Assembly: GCA_037442925.1 (NCBI GenBank)
Contig: JBBIPG010000039.1
Location: forward strand, 1 to 20,490
DNA length: 20,490 bases
Direction: 5' to 3'
Source: Candidatus Fraserbacteria bacterium
Lineage (GTDB): Bacteria; Bipolaricaulota; Bipolaricaulia; RBG-16-55-9
Part shown: positions 15,986-20,490 of the stretch, piece after piece
How positions within the stretch are numbered: position 1 is the stretch's first letter
How the letters are laid out: each line of letters starts with the position of its first letter
The notes under the pieces: generated by a model
Seen by the model: the letters and a program-made list of their open reading frames with translations, nothing else
Database searches by the model: none
Told to the model about the DNA's origin: nothing
Made by a program: the position numbers and the translations under genes

Positions 15986-18900
15986 CGCCCGAAGGAGAGC
16001 GTTTGATCCGTGGGAGAGTACTCGATCTCGGCCGTGGGAAAGGCGTTGATGCGTACTTGAACCCAGAGCTGGTTCTGATTGCCATACAAACCAATTTGCC
16101 AGCAGGCTTGGCAGAACTTCTTGATAATCCCAAATCGGGATGCCGTAAGACGCCCCAAGCGAAGATCGTACTCACCTCCCAACGCCAACTCCCAACCTCC
16201 AAGAGCCCAACTGGATTCGAGGTTCACACGTCGCAGCTCCAGTCGATTCACATCAAACCGAAACCCTGCACGCAGCGGTTGCCCCAAATCCAGCTTAGCA
16301 ATCACATCCTCGTAGCGGGCGCTCACAAAGTTATAGCCGCCATTCACGTTCAGCTGCACTCCCCAAACACTCAGGCTCGCTTGTGCCGTAGTGCGCCGGA
16401 GGCGCTGCTTGTTTAGATCGTACTCCACGCCCGACGAGATCTGAGCTATGCCCACGCGATACGCCACGCCGAAGTTGACAGGAGCGAAGCTCCCCTGTGT
16501 CCAATCATATCCCGAATTCAACTGAATACTCCCCCGCGACAGAAAACTCCCCATCCCTCGGAATGTGACCCGATCGGTTAGCGTCAGTTGATCGAATTGA
16601 AAGGGACTCTGGCCTCGTACAGCGCGATAAAGATAGTCCAGCGTTATAGTAAACCCGCGCACCGGCGTGAAGATCCATTGCGACAGAAAATCCCACGAGT
16701 CACGGCGATTGGGTTCGTAGAGTGAAATACGATAACCGGAATTCGCCGTCAGTTGCACCCCCGGCACGACCATCAACGTTTCAAGCCCTACTTGAACTCG
16801 GCCATCGAAACGCGAACTCTCGCGCGTCGTATGATCTACCGCTTCCTCGTGATAGCGCCCCCAGTCGATTCCTCCCGAGTAACGGAACGGGAGATCCCCC
16901 AGACGCACCGGCCTCTGCTGCAGCGAAAGCTCAGGCAGCCGCTCCAGCGTCAGATAGCTCAACTGCTCCAGCGTTTCGGGATCGGGTTCCGCGGGTAGAA
17001 GATTCTGATCTCGACTGAAGCCCACTTGCCAGGTCCAATCTCCTGCGATTCCCAAGAGCAGCGCCTGCGAGAGCAGCCGTGTGGCTTCGCGAGCGAGAAG
17101 TCCCGTGCGCAACCCTGAGGATAAACTAAGGGTTATCGCGTCGCTCAACTGCAGACGATCTGACCAATCCAGGGCAAGCGCTTCTTCTTCCCCCACCAAC
17201 CGATAGAACGAGAAACGACCCCCGCTGGATGAGGGCAGAACTTTGTAGTTCAGATCCAGTCCACTGCCCACTTCGCCATAACGGGTGTAGTAGTCGAGCA
17301 GCAAGAATCCAAAATTCTCTGCATCGACGAAGATGGGAACACGCCACTTGGCAAACCACCCTCGTGCGGCATCATTCCCGATCTCCGGCAAGAAGGGATA
17401 CTTCTGCTGAACATCGGTCAAGGGAGCCAAGTACGCCGGAGCCCAGAAGACAGGCTGTCCCAAGGCGCGCAGCGTGATATTGAAGGCCACCAGCACCTCG
17501 TCAGGGCGGATGAGAAGCCTTCCCGCACGAATCGAGTACGAGGCTTGAGGGATGGTCTCTTCGCACGTGCAGGTGGTAAAATCCCCGTTCAAGACATCCA
17601 CAAGGCTCACTTCATTCTCTTTGTCAAATGTGAAACGAGCCTCCTCACCCTGATACCGCAATCGATGCGTCTCCCCCCGAGAGTTGACAAAATCTGTGGC
17701 TCCCATAAAGCGCTCGACAAAGGCATCTTGAGCACGCCATTGGCTAGGAGCTTCCGGGTCTTCCATCAGACGCAATCGCAGTCTATCCGCTTGCGTCGTC
17801 TGCTTTTGTGCCTCCTGCTCCAGAACGACTTGCCCTGAAGCTTCGACTTCCCATGTCGACTCATGGGTGTTCTGCAGTGACACACTCTGCGCGGACAGTC
17901 GGCCTCCCGTGAACTTCACGGAGGCAGACTGGACGAGGGTGATCTCGTGCGGGCTGACTCGCGTTCCTTCTTGCCTGAAAACCGCCTGGAGTTCCTGAGC
18001 ATCTCCCGATAGTTCACGATAGACGAACTGGGCCCCTTCGGCTTCGACTTTCCAGCGGTTGTCCTCGATGCGCCGCAGTCGTAGCTCGTCCGCTTCGATT
18101 GTGACATCTTGATATTGCGCGCGCACATGACCCTGCGCGATGATAGTTTTCCATGCTTCTGCTACCGTGACGGCATCGGCGGAGATCTCAATGGGGACAG
18201 GTTCCGTCATCTGCTGGGCCGTGGCATCCGTGATGATTCCTAATGGCAAAAGTGAAGCCAGCACGAGGGGTAGAAGACGTTTCGCACGATCCAGAAGATC
18301 AATCCGTCCGAGACGGTTGGCCTTTAAGAAGAGCAAAAGACCCATCAGCCCAAAGAGGAGGTTGGGCAACCAGGCTCCCCAGGCCGGAGGGAGATCCCCG
18401 CGATTGCCCAGGATCTCCGCCGTCCAGAAGAGTAGGCCCTGATAGAGAAGCACGAGGAGCACACTCAGGATCACACCCAGCGCGCGGCCACGTGGCCCGA
18501 TAAGCAGACTGAGAGGTGCCCCAAAGAGCGCAAAGACAAAAGACGCTAGGGGAATGGCGATCTTCAAATGATAATCCACGATTAGACTTTCCGCCGGTCG
18601 GCCGATCTTCCGAAATGCTTCAATGCGTTCCGATAGCTCTCCCAGGCTCATCTCGCTCGCGCTGCGCTGTTCGAAGACCATCTTCTGGATCTGCTGACCT
18701 ACTTGAATGGTCATCGTGTCGAACTGATTGCGGTAGCGTAGGTTGCCCTGATCGTCGAAGGCATGGATCACACCGTTTTGAAGCTGCCACGCGTCGTCTT
18801 GCCAGATTGCGCTCTGTGCGGTGATCACCTTTGGGAACGTCCCGCCGTCTTCGAGGTAGATCCTGCCACTCAGATCGTAGATGAGCACATCTTCTAGGAT

Positions 18901-19413
18901 GTTCTCTTCTGCATCATAATGGCGCACGTAAAAGAAGCGATCGTCCGCGCCCTTGAAGAAGGCGTTATCGCGGATCTGCGGCGCGGAGCGACTTCCATAG
19001 AACTGCTGCAAATAAAGATTTAGGAACTGGCGATTTCCCCAGGGAGCCAGCCGATCGCTGATCAGAAGATCGACACCACTCAAGATGAGCCCAACAACCA
19101 GTAAGGGCATGACGATGCGACGCAGTGAGATCCCAGCGGCTTGCAGTGCGATGATCTCCCGATCGTGCCCCAGCCTTCCTAAGGCGAGGAAGATCGCAAA
19201 GAGCGTGGCCACCGGCAGCGCCAGCACCAGAAGATACGGGAGTTGGTAGAGGAGCATGAGCACCAGCGCTCCTGGAGGAATCACCCGATCCACCAATAAT
19301 TGTGAAAACCGTCCCATCAAGAAGAGCAGGAAGAAGATGAGAAAACCCACAGTGGCCAACAGGAAAGGGATCGCCATTTCTCTAAGCAAATAGCGATCGA
19401 CGATCTTGAGCAT
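15982..19413 (-). CDS. Fusion of LptF/LptG-family permease (aa ~1-365) with LptD/OstA-like jellyroll plus beta-barrel (aa ~400-1143)
   Basis: The N-part has LptF/G motifs IVDRYLLRE, LGRLGHDREIIALQAAGISL, KIAIPLASFVFALFGAPL and GAWLPNLLF. The C-part has OstA-like PIEISAD...AQGHV...IEADEL, the LptD hallmark FTTC...YSIRA...GQPVFWAP, amphipathic beta-strands, and C-terminal CQACW. Confidence 0.85.
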   Translation of the reverse strand: MLKIVDRYLLREMAIPFLLATVGFLIFFLLFLMGRFSQLLVDRVIPPGALVLMLLYQLPYLLVLALPVATLFAIFLALGRLGHDREIIALQAAGISLRRIVMPLLVVGLILSGVDLLISDRLAPWGNRQFLNLYLQQFYGSRSAPQIRDNAFFKGADDRFFYVRHYDAEENILEDVLIYDLSGRIYLEDGGTFPKVITAQSAIWQDDAWQLQNGVIHAFDDQGNLRYRNQFDTMTIQVGQQIQKMVFEQRSASEMSLGELSERIEAFRKIGRPAESLIVDYHLKIAIPLASFVFALFGAPLSLLIGPRGRALGVILSVLLVLLYQGLLFWTAEILGNRGDLPPAWGAWLPNLLFGLMGLLLFLKANRLGRIDLLDRAKRLLPLVLASLLPLGIITDATAQQMTEPVPIEISADAVTVAEAWKTIIAQGHVRAQYQDVTIEADELRLRRIEDNRWKVEAEGAQFVYRELSGDAQELQAVFRQEGTRVSPHEITLVQSASVKFTGGRLSAQSVSLQNTHESTWEVEASGQVVLEQEAQKQTTQADRLRLRLMEDPEAPSQWRAQDAFVERFMGATDFVNSRGETHRLRYQGEEARFTFDKENEVSLVDVLNGDFTTCTCEETIPQASYSIRAGRLLIRPDEVLVAFNITLRALGQPVFWAPAYLAPLTDVQQKYPFLPEIGNDAARGWFAKWRVPIFVDAENFGFLLLDYYTRYGEVGSGLDLNYKVLPSSSGGRFSFYRLVGEEEALALDWSDRLQLSDAITLSLSSGLRTGLLAREATRLLSQALLLGIAGDWTWQVGFSRDQNLLPAEPDPETLEQLSYLTLERLPELSLQQRPVRLGDLPFRYSGGIDWGRYHEEAVDHTTRESSRFDGRVQVGLETLMVVPGVQLTANSGYRISLYEPNRRDSWDFLSQWIFTPVRGFTITLDYLYRAVRGQSPFQFDQLTLTDRVTFRGMGSFLSRGSIQLNSGYDWTQGSFAPVNFGVAYRVGIAQISSGVEYDLNKQRLRRTTAQASLSVWGVQLNVNGGYNFVSARYEDVIAKLDLGQPLRAGFRFDVNRLELRRVNLESSWALGGWELALGGEYDLRLGRLTASRFGIIKKFCQACWQIGLYGNQNQLWVQVRINAFPTAEIEYSPTDQTLSFGR

Positions 19414-19422
19414 GATGCACTC

Positions 19423-19451
19423 ATTCTAGAGATAGTGACTGCCAAGCTCAA
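19423..19451 (-). promoter_or_regulatory. Sigma70 promoter of the lpt fusion gene (near-leaderless)
   Basis: TTGAGC (19451-19446), 17-nt spacer, TAGAAT (19428-19423), then 9 nt to the ATG with no SD. Confidence 0.6.
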
Positions 19452-19654
19452 CTTGGAGAAATAGTTTCAAGGTCGATGCAACTGAAGATGCAAGGTGGAT
19501 GCTGTAGCAAAGTCTGTCATCATCGTGAAGGATGAACCATAAACTTGTATAATGACTGGCGTTTAGGCTAGAATATAGTTGCAAGCTCATCGGCAGTTTT
19601 GCTACCATCGAAACGTAGCAGGTAGCTTAGAGCACAGTTGTACACTGAGCTATA

Positions 19655-19663
19655 TGATATAAT
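19655..19663 (+). promoter_or_regulatory. Extended -10 promoter upstream of the methyltransferase
   Basis: TGaTATAAT at 19655-19663, followed by AAGGGGG SD-like sequence and ATG 19687. Confidence 0.5.
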
Positions 19664-19686
19664 TCTAAGGGGGCGAAAGACAATTT

Positions 19687-20334
19687 ATGGCAAGGTATAT
19701 ACCACTCGACCTCGAGCACGGCAAGGGTCGTTCCATATCTGAGAAAGCCCTTATGATCCCCGAAGAACTTAGAGACAGCATTTACCTTGGGGATTGTAAG
19801 GAATTTCTGAGCAAGCTACCGAATGAAAGCATTGATCTAGTGGTTTCCTCTCCTCCTTACAACATTGGGAAAGGCAAAGAGAAGCGCCGTGAACTCGAAG
19901 AGTATCTCAATGAACAGCAGCATGTACTGGCAGAGTGTGTTCGATTACTTCGTCCAACTGGTTCAGTTTTTTGGCAAATTGGCTCTTATACGGATGATGG
20001 TCTTCATATCCCCTTGGATGTTCGGATCTTCCCAATCCTAGAAGGTCTTGGTATGATCCCGCGTAATCGCATCGTTTGGATTCGCCAGCATGGACTTCAT
20101 GCCAGCAAAAGGTTCTCATGTCGACATGAAACGATTCTGTGGTTCACTAAAAGTGATGGCTACAAGTTCTTCCTCGATCCCATAAGGGTTCCTCAAAAAT
20201 ACCCAAACAAAAAACAGTGGAAAGGCGAACGCAAAGGCGAGTTAACAAGTCATCCACTGGGTAAGAATCCTGGTGATGTTTGGGCATTTCGCAATGTCAA
20301 ACATAATCACGAAGCCCGATGCATGAGCAGGTGA
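19687..20334 (+). pseudogene. Site-specific DNA methyltransferase (N4-C/N6-A, beta class), C-terminally truncated
   Basis: GDC..., SIDLVVSSPPY (motif IV), LRPTGS, RNRIVW, HETILWFTK and GKNPGDVW are present. The ORF stops right after KHNHE, with no HP..FP motif and no SAM-binding DPF/YxGxG motif in any forward frame. Confidence 0.75.
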
Positions 20335-20443
20335 AAATGCTGTGCTATTGGTCCTGAACACGATCGGAATACCGGCCTTCCCCTTGACAAAGACCTCCCC
20401 AGCTCTTTCCCTCTGGGAAAAGCCTTTCACCGGAGGGATGATC

Positions 20444-20490
20444 ATGTCTGAGCTGGAGAGGTTCTTCTGCTTCCTGGATCAGTTGTTGCG
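20444..20490 (+). CDS. 5' fragment of an unidentified ORF running off the window (MSELERFFCFLDQLL...)
   Basis: GGAGG (20432-20436) lies 7 nt before ATG 20444, and the frame is open to the window edge. Confidence 0.45.
   Translation, partial: MSELERFFCFLDQLL

Noticed and set aside
19426..19608. 60-aa ORF upstream of the lpt fusion
   Set aside because: It has no SD or recognisable motif and runs over the predicted promoter.
20311..20345. Group II intron 5' end or simple frameshift in the MTase
   Set aside because: There is no GTGCG boundary, and neither alternative forward frame restores the HP..FP or DPxxGxG motifs.
1..20490. CRISPR array, tRNA or rRNA genes
   Set aside because: No regularly spaced repeats or cloverleaf/T-loop signatures were seen in the short intergenic regions.

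Overview
Bacterial chromosomal window of about 55-60% GC (estimated by eye), with a lower-GC right end. Gene styles suggest a deep-branching lineage such as Candidatus Bipolaricaulota/Acetothermia, but this is inference only. Left to right it holds: a membrane-anchored SurA-N/TPR/DUF3105 fusion protein; a secreted DxDxDG-repeat protein; an Opp/Dpp-type ABC set (an enlarged lipoprotein substrate-binding protein plus two permeases, no ATPase); a tsaB-etfB-etfA-rpmB operon; a glutaredoxin; nrnA-ribF; ruvB; a CDP-alcohol phosphatidyltransferase/HTH/DUF2007 operon; a 1143-aa Lpt fusion; and a truncated N4/N6 DNA methyltransferase followed by unrelated sequence. The standout is the 1143-aa ORF (15982-19413). 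It joins an inner-membrane LptF/LptG permease to a complete LptD-like outer-membrane translocon through an internal signal-peptide-like segment with an A-T-A|Q site. It could be either a signal-peptidase-processed polyprotein or a one-chain trans-envelope lipid bridge. Several genes appear to be leaderless, and a REP-like palindrome supplies the tsaB C-terminus.
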